This document shows positions 49,959 through 59,102 of a stretch of DNA of 64,000 nucleotides, in pieces. Origin of the DNA: Spirochaetia bacterium (GTDB lineage: Bacteria > Spirochaetota > Spirochaetia > SZUA-6 > Bin103); the NCBI GenBank assembly GCA_965208575.1, contig CBDBOV010000003.1:416001-480000 (forward strand), read 5' to 3'. The first letter of the stretch is position 1. Each line of letters begins with the position of its first letter. Position numbers and translations under genes: made by a program. The notes under the pieces were generated by a model. It worked only from the letters and a program-made list of their open reading frames with translations, did no database searches and had not been told where the DNA came from.

Positions 49959-50053
49959 AATCCGAACTCTACCGTTTAGCAGTGAGGTCCCGCAAATGTG
50001 CGAGTTGATGGCGCCGCCTCCAGCCGCCACGCCGCCGAGCAATTCGCATCGCT

Positions 50054-50079
50054 CGACCGGCTGACCGTGTACGGCTGAC
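50054..50079 (+). repeat. Third copy of the amidohydrolase 3' end
   Basis: CGACCGGCTGACCGTGTACGGCTGAC, 25/26 match to 49009-49034 (DRLTVYG*). Confidence 0.85.
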
Positions 50080-50097
50080 GCGGCCGCCCGCCACGGC

Positions 50098-51720
50098 TCA
50101 CTGCTCGCGGTAGAGGCTCTCGAGGTCGCGCTGGATCTCCTGCCAGTCGGACACGCCGGTGCGCTCGGAGAAGCGGCCGTAGTCCTCGATCAGCTTGTCG
50201 CGCAGCGCCGGCTCGGCGGCTGACAGGTCGTTCAGTTCCACCCGGTCGGCCTCCAGGTCGTACAGCTCCCAGGGGCCGGTGCGCATTCCCTTGCCGACGC
50301 CGGTGCGGGTGTAGCCGCGCGCTTTATTGTAATAGGAGACCAGCTTCCAGTTGCCCCGGCGTACGGCGCGGTTGCCCTCGTGCTCCAGGTACAGGGTCTC
50401 CGGGTTCTCCGACTCCTCGCCCTGCAGGTTGGGCAGCAACGAGCGGCTGTCGAGGGACAGGGTGGGGTAGCCGCGCACGTGGCTCGGATAGGGCGCGCCG
50501 GTCAGGTCGAGGCAGGTGGCCATGATGTCCTTGACGTGCGCGTAGTAGCTCGTCTCGATGCGGCCGCCGCCGACCTGGTTGGGGTGGTGGAAGATGAACG
50601 GGGTGGCCGAGCCGCCCTCGTGCAGCCAGTGCTTGAACAGCCGGAACGGCGTGTTGGAGGCGTTGGCCCACGGCAGGAAGCACGCGGTGTAGGACTCCTT
50701 GGGGCCGGCCGGCACGTCGGGGACGGGATCCCACGACTCGGCGCAGGCACCGTTGTCGGAGGCGAACATGATCACCGTGTTGTCGAGGTCGCGGGTGCGG
50801 CGGATCTGGTCGAGCAGCCGCCCGACGCCCTGATCCATGCGGTCGATCATGGCCGCGTACACCGCCATGCGCAGGTCCCACTCGTCCGCGCTGAAGGTGC
50901 GCCCCTGGGCGTCGGGGAAGCGGTCGATCTGGTCCCACGGCGGACACTCCGGGTCGCGCGGCGATAGCTGCAGGTCGTCGGCGAACAGCCCCAGCTCTTT
51001 CTGGCGGGCCAGCCGGCGGCGGCGGACCTCGTCCCAGCCGCAGGTATAGGCGCCGCGGTACCGGGCGATGTCTCCCGGCCAAGCGTGCAACGGCCAGTGC
51101 GGGGCGTTGTAGCCCAGGTACAGGAAGTAGGGACGGTCGGGATCGGCCTCGGCGACGAACTGCGCGGCGCGGTCGCTGAACCAGTCGGTGGTGTAGAAGT
51201 CGGGCGGCAGGTCGGTAACCGGCTCGTCGTCCTCCAGCAGCCCCGCCTGCGCGCCCGGCTCCCAGTAGTTGCAGGCGCCCGACAGCATGCCGGCGTAGCG
51301 GTCGAAGCCGCGGTCGGTGGGCCAGTGCGGGCGGTAGTTGCCGACGTGCCACTTGCCGGCCATGAAGGTCTGGTAGCCGGCGGGGCGCAGCGCCTCGGCG
51401 ATGGTCGCGGTGTGGTCGCCCAGGTAGCCGCGGTAGTGGGGGCGTCCGAGCAGGCGGCTCTGGCGCACGGCGTCCGAGGTCTGCGCGGTCATGTGCCCGA
51501 TGCCGGCGCGGTGCGGGTACAGCCCGGTGAGCAGCGCGGCACGGGTCGGGCAGCAGCGCGCGCAGTTGTAGAACTGCGTGTAGCGGACGCCGCCCGCGGC
51601 CAGCCGGTCCAGGTTGGGGGTGGCGATCTCGCCGCCGTAGCAGCCCAGGTCGGACCAGCCCATGTCGTCCACCAGGATCACGACCACATCGGGCCGGGCG
51701 TCGGGTCGATGGTCGCTCAT
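50098..51720 (-). CDS. Arylsulfatase (Cys-type, AtsA-like)
   Basis: DDMGWSD, CCPTRAALLTG, GKWH, APHWPLHA, SDNG, WELYDL. Confidence 0.93.
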   Translation of the reverse strand: MSDHRPDARPDVVVILVDDMGWSDLGCYGGEIATPNLDRLAAGGVRYTQFYNCARCCPTRAALLTGLYPHRAGIGHMTAQTSDAVRQSRLLGRPHYRGYLGDHTATIAEALRPAGYQTFMAGKWHVGNYRPHWPTDRGFDRYAGMLSGACNYWEPGAQAGLLEDDEPVTDLPPDFYTTDWFSDRAAQFVAEADPDRPYFLYLGYNAPHWPLHAWPGDIARYRGAYTCGWDEVRRRRLARQKELGLFADDLQLSPRDPECPPWDQIDRFPDAQGRTFSADEWDLRMAVYAAMIDRMDQGVGRLLDQIRRTRDLDNTVIMFASDNGACAESWDPVPDVPAGPKESYTACFLPWANASNTPFRLFKHWLHEGGSATPFIFHHPNQVGGGRIETSYYAHVKDIMATCLDLTGAPYPSHVRGYPTLSLDSRSLLPNLQGEESENPETLYLEHEGNRAVRRGNWKLVSYYNKARGYTRTGVGKGMRTGPWELYDLEADRVELNDLSAAEPALRDKLIEDYGRFSERTGVSDWQEIQRDLESLYREQ

Positions 51721-51828
51721 CGCCTCAATCTAACCGTTCGCATGCCGCCGCTCAACCCTGCCCATGCGGCGGGTCCGCGCCGCAATGGTTCGGCTCTTGG
51801 TATCGAATTCGTGATAATCTGCTCTCCC

Positions 51829-54279
51829 GTGTATCGAACGTTCGTTTTTTTGACCGTGATGCTGTCGATTCTGCTGGCAGTTGGGTCGTGCGCGTCTCGC
51901 GCCGCCACCGTCCGAACCGCGACGCCTGCCGTGCCGGGGACGGGCGGCCCCGGAACCGACAGCGAGACACAGCTTCCGGCTCAACCGCCAGCCCCGCCGC
52001 CAGCCCAGCCGCCGGCTCAACCGCCAGCCCAGCCGCCAGCCGAACCGCCGGCCCAACCGCCACCCCAGCCGCAACCGACCCCGCAGACCCCGCAGACCCC
52101 GCGGGCCAAGTGTATCCCCGTTCACGACGGCGGGTGTGTGTCGGCGGCCGCCTTCAAGACGGCGACGAATGCGCTCGCGCAGCAGTATCGATCGCACCGG
52201 AACTTCGCCAACCAATGGGGCCTGAGCCGCGTGGGGGCGGACCACGCCTATGCCCATGTCAATCAGCTCAAAGGGGAGGCCGCGGCGCCCGGCGCCGGCG
52301 TGACCATCGGATTCATCGACTCCGGAATCGACCAGGACCATCCCGACTTCGCCGGCAAAACGATCACCGAAGTGCTGGTCGGCAAGGACACGAAAGATGA
52401 GACCGGTACTCGTTCCTCCCACGGCACCGCCGTGGCCAGCGTGGCCGCCGGAATCCGGAGTCAGCACGAGAAATCCGCGCATGGCGTGGCGTGGGGTGCC
52501 GACATCACCATGTTCGCGATTCCTACGGGATCGGGAGGCTATCAGTACGATCCCATATCGCTTACCGGGCTTGGTTCGGTCGCCGGTCTCTGGCGCGACC
52601 TGTTCGACGACGTGTTTGCCTGGCGTGACGGAACGAGAAGAGTCGATGTCCTGAACCTGAGCATCGGCCACCAAGGCATCATCGACAGCTACAGCGAACA
52701 GGAGTTGCGGGACAACTTCGGAACCGCGATAACCGCCATGGCGCAAGCGGGCTCCGACGACAAGACGATTCTGGTGTGGGCCGCCGGCAACAGCCACGGC
52801 TGGCTCTGCTTGCCCGAGTCGACCGCCCTCTGTGACGACTTCCAGGTGAATGCGGTCTCGGTCGACATACTGGCCGGCCTGGTCGCCCGGATCAGCGAGC
52901 TGCAGGGACACTCGATCGCCGTGGTCGCCCTGAAGCCGGACGGCACCATTGCCGACTTCTCCAATCGCTGCGGCATCGCCGCCGACCACTGCATCGCGGC
53001 GCCGGGACAGGCGGTTCGCGTCGCCTACTTCGGCCCTCACGCGGGCACCGGCGCCCCGACTCGGGGCCATGCCGACTCGTCGGGCACCTCCTTCGCCGCG
53101 CCGTTCGTGGCCGGCGGGCTGGCGGTGATGAAGCAGTTGTTCCGCGGCCAGCTTGCCAACACCGAACTGGTTGCGCGGCTGTTGCAGACCGCCAACGACG
53201 ACGGCATCTACGCCGACCGCGCCGTGTACGGCCGGGGCGCGCTGGACCTGCGCGCCGCGACCTGGCCGGTGGGCGTACTGGACGTGCCGGTCGGCAGCAG
53301 CCGCGTGGACGGTCCCGGCGCCGCCCTGGCCGCGACCCGGCTGCGGGCCGGCGCCGCATTCGGCGACGGCATGGAACGCTCCCTGTCGGGGCGCGAGATT
53401 GCCGCCTTCGACACGCTCGGCGCCCCGTTCTGGTTCGACCTCGGCGATCTCACGGCGACCGCGGCGGCGCGCGGACTGGTCGACGAGCCGCGCGTCGACG
53501 GGACCGGGTACCCGGCCTACCGGCCGTCAGGCAGTGCGGCGGATGCTCACTGGCGGGTGGGCTTCCTGGAGCAGCCGGCCGGCCTGTCCGGCGGCCACCT
53601 CGCACTCGCCGAGCGCGCGCCGGGGTTGACGCTGACCGATCGCCGCGCGCTGGCCGGCACCGCCTTCACCACCGAAGGGTCATCAGGGCGCACGCCGGTC
53701 TCCGGTGCCGCGGTGTGGTGGCAGCCGGCCGATTCCCCGCTCGGCTTTCGCGCCGGCTGGCTGCGCGAGCCGGCGAGCGTGCTCGGCAGCACCGGCGACG
53801 GCGCCTTCGGGACGCTGGCGGGCGATACCGCGTTTGCCGGTGCCGCGGCGGAGGCGGGGCTTGGCGCATGGCAGGTGCGGGCGAGCGCGGAAATCGGAAC
53901 GGCCGCTGCCGCGCCGCACGGCGGCATTGTCTCGGCGGTGTCGCCGTTGACCACGAGTGCGGCTGCCGTTTCGGTGAGCCGGCCGGTCGCCGGCGGTGGC
54001 ACGCTGCGTGTGTCGGTGTCGCAACCGCTGCGGGTGGAATCGGGCCGGGCGGTGCTGTCGGTGCCCGCCGGCCGTACCAAGGCGGGCGAGGTAGTGCAGC
54101 ACGTCTTCTCGGCCGATCTCACGCCGAGCGGACGCCAGGTCGACGTGACCGCCGAGTGGCACCAGCCGTTGGCAATCGGCGAGTTTCGCGTCGGCGCGGT
54201 GGTCACGCACCAGCCCCGCCACCGCGCCGCCGCGGCGCCGGAGTTTCTGGTCCGGGGCGGTTGGAGCTGGCAGTACTGA
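51829..54279 (+). CDS. S8 subtilase, probable lipoprotein with Pro/Gln linker and beta-rich C-terminal domain
   Basis: LAVGSC lipobox-like; IDSG, HGT, AAGN, GTSFAAP; ends in alternating residues GWSWQY; start uncertain. Confidence 0.88.
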   Translation: MYRTFVFLTVMLSILLAVGSCASRAATVRTATPAVPGTGGPGTDSETQLPAQPPAPPPAQPPAQPPAQPPAEPPAQPPPQPQPTPQTPQTPRAKCIPVHDGGCVSAAAFKTATNALAQQYRSHRNFANQWGLSRVGADHAYAHVNQLKGEAAAPGAGVTIGFIDSGIDQDHPDFAGKTITEVLVGKDTKDETGTRSSHGTAVASVAAGIRSQHEKSAHGVAWGADITMFAIPTGSGGYQYDPISLTGLGSVAGLWRDLFDDVFAWRDGTRRVDVLNLSIGHQGIIDSYSEQELRDNFGTAITAMAQAGSDDKTILVWAAGNSHGWLCLPESTALCDDFQVNAVSVDILAGLVARISELQGHSIAVVALKPDGTIADFSNRCGIAADHCIAAPGQAVRVAYFGPHAGTGAPTRGHADSSGTSFAAPFVAGGLAVMKQLFRGQLANTELVARLLQTANDDGIYADRAVYGRGALDLRAATWPVGVLDVPVGSSRVDGPGAALAATRLRAGAAFGDGMERSLSGREIAAFDTLGAPFWFDLGDLTATAAARGLVDEPRVDGTGYPAYRPSGSAADAHWRVGFLEQPAGLSGGHLALAERAPGLTLTDRRALAGTAFTTEGSSGRTPVSGAAVWWQPADSPLGFRAGWLREPASVLGSTGDGAFGTLAGDTAFAGAAAEAGLGAWQVRASAEIGTAAAAPHGGIVSAVSPLTTSAAAVSVSRPVAGGGTLRVSVSQPLRVESGRAVLSVPAGRTKAGEVVQHVFSADLTPSGRQVDVTAEWHQPLAIGEFRVGAVVTHQPRHRAAAAPEFLVRGGWSWQY
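51975..52100 (+). repeat. Coding 12-bp QPPA-type tandem repeat
   Basis: PAQPPAPPPAQPPAQPPAQPPAEPPAQPPPQPQPTPQTPQTP. Confidence 0.8.
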
Positions 54280-54325
54280 CGGTGGCGTTGACCGTTTCCG
54301 GGTGCGGCGACTAGGATGAACGGCG

Positions 54326-55576
54326 TTGATGCTGGGGGAATTGCTGCACGATGCCATCGCGGCGATCAACGGCCAGCCGCTGTTGAGCCTCGGCGTTCTG
54401 ATTCTGGCCGGGTACCTGTTCGGGCGCCTGTGCCAGTTGCTGCGCCTGCCGACCATTACCGGCTACATCGTGGCCGGCCTGGTGGTCAGCGATTCGGTGG
54501 CCGGCATTGTCGACCACCACACCGTGGCGTCCCTGACACCGATTACCGAGGTGGCTCTCAGTTTCATCGCGATCACCATCGGCGGCGAGTTCCACTTCGC
54601 CAAGCTGCGCCGCACCGGCGGCAAGATTCTCACCATCACGCTGTTCGAGGCGCTGTTCGCGGCGGCGATGGTGTCGGTGGTGTTGGGGTTCCTGCTGCTG
54701 CCGTTCAGCTACGCGCTGCTGCTCGGGGCGATCGCGGCGGCGACCGCACCCGCGGCGACCGTGGTGATCGTGCGCGACCTGCGCGCGCGCGGCGAGTTCG
54801 TCGACTACCTGTTCGGCGTGGTGGCGTTCGATGACGCCGCGAGCGTGCTGCTGTTCTCGATCGGGTTCGCCGTGGTAACGCCGTTGCTGATGGGCGGCGC
54901 GGCGCACGGCGCCGGCGTGCTGGCAGCTCTCGGGCACGGACTGGCCGAGATCGGGCTGTCGGCACTGGCGGGAGTCGGCGCCGCGCTGCTGATCCATACG
55001 GTGGCGGGCCGGCGCCGGCCGGACAACGAAGTGCTGATAATCACGCTCGGCGTGCTGTTCGCAGCCACCGCGCTGGTACTGCTCCTGCACCTGTCCGCGC
55101 TGATTGCCAACATGTGCGCCGGTGTCATGCTGGTCAACCTGGCGCCGCGCAACCGGCGCGTGTTCGCCGCCCTGGAGCCGATCACGGCGCCGGTGTTCGC
55201 CCTGTTCTTCATACTGGCAGGCGCCGAGCTCGACCTGAGCGTGGTGAGTCAGGGCCTGGTGGTGGTGCTCGGGCTGGTCTACCTGGCGGCGCGCTTTGCG
55301 GGCAAGATGGCGGGCGTGACGCTCGGCTCGCTGGCAGTAAAGGCACCCGCGAACGTGCGGCGCTACCTGGGTTATTGTCTGTTCCCGCAGGCCGGGGTGG
55401 CGATCGGGCTGGCGATGGTGGTGCAGGGTTCGTCGCTGTTCACGGACGCACCGAACGAGGTGCGGGAGATGCTTCGGCTGCTGACCAACGTGGTGTTGTT
55501 CAGCGTGTTCGTGAACGAACTGATCGGGCCGTTGATTTCGCGGTTCGGGATTGTGCGCGGCGCCGCACGGTTGTAG
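54326..55576 (+). CDS. Cation:proton antiporter (CPA/Na_H_exchanger)
   Basis: LPTITGYIVAG, ATAPAAT, VAFDDA, FFILAGA, PQAGVAIG. Confidence 0.88.
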   Translation: MMLGELLHDAIAAINGQPLLSLGVLILAGYLFGRLCQLLRLPTITGYIVAGLVVSDSVAGIVDHHTVASLTPITEVALSFIAITIGGEFHFAKLRRTGGKILTITLFEALFAAAMVSVVLGFLLLPFSYALLLGAIAAATAPAATVVIVRDLRARGEFVDYLFGVVAFDDAASVLLFSIGFAVVTPLLMGGAAHGAGVLAALGHGLAEIGLSALAGVGAALLIHTVAGRRRPDNEVLIITLGVLFAATALVLLLHLSALIANMCAGVMLVNLAPRNRRVFAALEPITAPVFALFFILAGAELDLSVVSQGLVVVLGLVYLAARFAGKMAGVTLGSLAVKAPANVRRYLGYCLFPQAGVAIGLAMVVQGSSLFTDAPNEVREMLRLLTNVVLFSVFVNELIGPLISRFGIVRGAARL

Positions 55577-55602
55577 AGATGGCTGCTGACGGAGGTGAGC
55601 CG

Positions 55603-56424
55603 ATGGAGTTGGCTGGACTGTTGGAGCCGCGGCGCTGCACCGTGGCGCTGCAGGCGCGCAACAAGAACGACTGCCTGGAAGAGCTGGCGGCGTTGATGAC
55701 GACGGTCGACCTGGGGGTGACGCGCGAAGCGCTGCTGGCCGCCCTGCGCGAGCGCGAGCAACTCGGCTCCACCGGGTTCGAGCATGGCGTTGCGATTCCA
55801 CACGCGCGCCTGCCCGGCGCCGCACAGTTCGCGTTGGGGGTCGCGGTGTCGCCGCGCGGGGTCCGCTACGACAGCTCCGACGGAGCGCCGAGCCGGCTGT
55901 TCTTCGTGCTGGTCGGTCCGGAGGAGGCGCCCCAGGACTACCTGCGCTACCTGGCTCACATCTCGCGCGTCGGGCTGAACCGCGCCGCGCGCGAGGAGAT
56001 GCTGGCCGCGCCGACGCCCACCGCGCTGCGCGACGCCGTGGCCGCGCACCTGATGCCGGTGGCGCCGGCCGCGGCCCGCGAGGGCGGCAAGCAGAAGCTG
56101 CTGATTATCGTGCTGTACGACCTGCGATTCCTCGATGACGTGGTGACGCTGTTCCTGGAACACGGCATCCAGGGGGCCACCATCACCGAGTCGACCGGCA
56201 TCAAGAACATTCTCACCAACGTGCCGCTGTTCGGCGACTTCCTCAACTTTCTCGGCGACCGCAGCGAGGCGAGCCGCACCATCATGGCGGTGGTCGCCGA
56301 GCGCGACCTGCTGCCGCTGGTCACCGAACTGGAGCAGGTCACCGGCGACCTGGAGACCCACTCGGGGGCGGCGGTGATGGCCGTGGACCTCTGGTTCACC
56401 AAGGGCTCCCTGGAGGCCGGCTGA
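55603..56424 (+). CDS. PTS EIIA domain fused to a PII-like domain
   Basis: REQLGSTG..GVAIPHAR (EIIA); KLLIIVL..G..GATI.ES.G..G..MAVD..KG (GlnB-like layout). Confidence 0.78.
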   Translation: MELAGLLEPRRCTVALQARNKNDCLEELAALMTTVDLGVTREALLAALREREQLGSTGFEHGVAIPHARLPGAAQFALGVAVSPRGVRYDSSDGAPSRLFFVLVGPEEAPQDYLRYLAHISRVGLNRAAREEMLAAPTPTALRDAVAAHLMPVAPAAAREGGKQKLLIIVLYDLRFLDDVVTLFLEHGIQGATITESTGIKNILTNVPLFGDFLNFLGDRSEASRTIMAVVAERDLLPLVTELEQVTGDLETHSGAAVMAVDLWFTKGSLEAG

Positions 56425-57521
56425 TGTCCGGCGGCGTGGGGTACGCGGGCCGGTGCGTGCCGGGGTTGCGACGGGTTCCCGGCCGGCGGACCGCGGCGTG
56501 GGGTCTTGCCGTGTTGTGGCTGGCGGCGGCCGCCCCGTTGCCGTGGGCGTACGACGAGGGCGCGGTTGCGGTGATCGGCGATCACGAGGTGTCGCGCGGC
56601 GAACTCATGGCGACCGCCGAGGCCGCGCTCGCGGAGCGTGAAATGGAACTCCTGCGCTGCCAGGCGCAGGCCACACGCGACCGCCACGACGTGCTGGAGT
56701 CGTCGTTGCGGCAACTCGTGCAGCGCCGGCTGCTCGACCTGGAGGCGGCCCGCATCGGATCAACCGCGGCGGCGGTGGAAGCCGACCTCGAGGCCGCGGC
56801 GGAGCCGATCCGGGACCAGGACATCGCGCTGTTCTACCAGCGCAACCAGGCGCGTATCGGACGCCCGCTGGCGGAGGTGGCGCCTCAGATCCGGGCGTTC
56901 CTGGAACGGCAGGCCCTGGCTCGCGTGCGCGAGGAGTTCTTTGCCGTGCTGGAGGCGCGGTTCGCGGTCGAGTACCTGCTCGATCCGCTGCGCTTCGAGG
57001 TGGCGGCCGACGGTTTCGCCGCCCGCGGGGAACCGGATGCCGCGGTGACCATCATCGAGTTCTCCGACTTCGAGTGTCCGTTCTGCGTGCGGGTGCAGCC
57101 GACTCTGGAGCGTGTCATGGAGCAGTACGCCGGCAGGGTGCGGCTGGTGTATCGGCACTTTCCGCTGACGGCGATTCACCCGCAAGCCTGGACGGCCGCC
57201 GAGGCGTCCCTGTGCGCCGGCGAGCAGGACCGGTTCTGGGAGTTTCACGACCTGTTGTTTGCCGAGCAGCACGCGATGGGCGTGCCCGACCTCAAGGAGA
57301 AGGCGCGCCGCATCGGCCTGGCCGGCGCGGAGTTTGATGCCTGCCTCGACTCGGGCCGCCACTCGGAGGCGGTACGCCAGGATCTGCTGGCCGCCACGGC
57401 CGCCGGGGTTTCGGGCACGCCCGCGTTCTTCGTGAACGGGCGCTTCCTGTCGGGCGCGGTGCCATTCGACCAATTCGCCGAGCTGATCGACGACGAGTTG
57501 GCGCGCCTGCAGAATCCGTAG
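56424..57521 (+). CDS. DsbA/thioredoxin-fold oxidoreductase with helical N-terminal domain
   Basis: EFSDFECPFC, RHFPL, GVSGTPAFFVNG. Confidence 0.88.
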   Translation: MSGGVGYAGRCVPGLRRVPGRRTAAWGLAVLWLAAAAPLPWAYDEGAVAVIGDHEVSRGELMATAEAALAEREMELLRCQAQATRDRHDVLESSLRQLVQRRLLDLEAARIGSTAAAVEADLEAAAEPIRDQDIALFYQRNQARIGRPLAEVAPQIRAFLERQALARVREEFFAVLEARFAVEYLLDPLRFEVAADGFAARGEPDAAVTIIEFSDFECPFCVRVQPTLERVMEQYAGRVRLVYRHFPLTAIHPQAWTAAEASLCAGEQDRFWEFHDLLFAEQHAMGVPDLKEKARRIGLAGAEFDACLDSGRHSEAVRQDLLAATAAGVSGTPAFFVNGRFLSGAVPFDQFAELIDDELARLQNP

Positions 57522-57622
57522 GCGCCGGCGGCGCTGAGGCCGGCGTGAGGCTGGCCGAGGCGGCGGGCGGCGGCGGGACCGTCGATATTTCGGCGCCTTC
57601 CGGCTATGCTGAGAGCGAGCAG

Positions 57623-59089
57623 ATGGCAACCGAGATAGTAATGCCGCGGCAAGGGCAGTCGGTGGAGGCGTGCACCATCGTGCGCTGGCTCAAGCAGCCG
57701 GGCGACACGGTGGCAACCGGCGAGTTGCTGTGTGAGATAGAGACTGACAAGGCGTCGTTCGAGGTGGAGTCGACGGCGGCGGGCACGGTGCTGGCGCACT
57801 TCGCCGGCGAGGGCGAGGAGGTGCCGGTGCTGACGCCGATCGCGGCGGTGGGCGAGCCAGGCGAGGAAGCGTCCGCGCCCGGCAGCCCAGCCGCCGAGGC
57901 CTCGGCCGCCGCGCCGGAACAGGCCGGCGAGCCGGGCGAACCTGCTACCGCCGGCGGCGTGCCGAGCCGGCCGCCGTCCGCGGTTGCCGACGGCGGTCCC
58001 GGTGGCGGTCCGGGCGGCGCCAGCGGCGCCGAAGTGGGCGCTGAACCGGTAACCGCGCCCGCCGGGAACGGCACGCGGGCGTCCCGCCGGTGCCCCGCGG
58101 CGTCACCGCGCGCCCGGCGCCGCGCCACCGAACTGGGCGTGGACTACACGACCCTGGCCGGCAGCGGGCCGGGCGGGCGCATCATCGAACGGGACGTGGT
58201 CGCCGCCGCGCAGGCGCGGCCGGCACTGACCGGCGCCGCCCGTGCGGCAGCCGCCGCCGGTGCTCGGGTGCCCGCGACCGGCACCGGCATCGGCGGGCGG
58301 GTCACGCTGGCCGACATGGCGGCGGTCGCCGCCACGCCCGCGGCTGCCGAGGCCGGCGGCGGGCCCGAAGCGGTCGAGACGGTTCCGATTACCGGGGTAC
58401 GCAAGCTGATCAGCGAGCGCATGCAGCAGTCGCTGAGCGGCACCGCGCAGCTCACCATGCATGCCACGGCCGATGCCGAGGCGCTGCTCGCCTACCGCGC
58501 GCGCCTGAAGGCCAGCCCGGAGCACCTGGGCCTGGCCGGCGTCACCATCAACGACCTGGTCCTGTACGCCGTTGCGCGCACGCTGCCGCGGTACCCGGAG
58601 CTCAACGCGGTGGTGGCCCAAGACCGCGTCGAGCGCCACCGCGCGGTGCAGTTGGCGTTCGCCGTGGATACCGAGCGCGGGTTGGTGGTGCCGGTGATCG
58701 CGAGCGCCGACCGGCTGTCGATCGCGGCACTGGCGGCGCGCGCCCACGAGCTGGCTGCGGCCACCCAGGCGGGGTCGATCAGCCCCGACCTGCTGCACGG
58801 TGGCACCTTTACGGTCACCAACCTCGGTGCGCTGGGGGTGGAGAGCTTCACGCCGATCCTCAATCTGCCGCAGGCGGCGATCCTGGGCGTCGGCGCGCTG
58901 GCGTTGAAGCCGGTGCTCGCCGATCCGGCGGCACCCGGCGCACCCGATCCGGCGCAGGTCACCTGGCGCCGTCACCTCGGCCTGTCGCTGACCATCGACC
59001 ATCGGGTGGTGGACGGCGCGCCGGCGGCGCGTTTCCTGCAGGCGCTCGGCGCGGCGATCGCCGACATCGATCTGCTCGCCGCGTTGTAG
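57623..59089 (+). CDS. 2-oxoacid dehydrogenase E2 (dihydrolipoamide acyltransferase)
   Basis: Lipoyl ETDKA, ASPRARR..GSGPGGRI, GGTFTVTNLG, DHRVVDG. Confidence 0.93.
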   Translation: MATEIVMPRQGQSVEACTIVRWLKQPGDTVATGELLCEIETDKASFEVESTAAGTVLAHFAGEGEEVPVLTPIAAVGEPGEEASAPGSPAAEASAAAPEQAGEPGEPATAGGVPSRPPSAVADGGPGGGPGGASGAEVGAEPVTAPAGNGTRASRRCPAASPRARRRATELGVDYTTLAGSGPGGRIIERDVVAAAQARPALTGAARAAAAAGARVPATGTGIGGRVTLADMAAVAATPAAAEAGGGPEAVETVPITGVRKLISERMQQSLSGTAQLTMHATADAEALLAYRARLKASPEHLGLAGVTINDLVLYAVARTLPRYPELNAVVAQDRVERHRAVQLAFAVDTERGLVVPVIASADRLSIAALAARAHELAAATQAGSISPDLLHGGTFTVTNLGALGVESFTPILNLPQAAILGVGALALKPVLADPAAPGAPDPAQVTWRRHLGLSLTIDHRVVDGAPAARFLQALGAAIADIDLLAAL

Positions 59090-59102
59090 CGGGGCAGCGG
59101 GC

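Larger units (their letters stand above)
47068..49960. repeat. About 2.9-kb direct repeat, copy 2
   Basis: Near-identical to 38166-41060. Confidence 0.97.

Noticed and set aside
51085-51828. N-terminal extension of the subtilase ORF
   Set aside because: Antisense to the sulfatase; signal peptide begins near 51829
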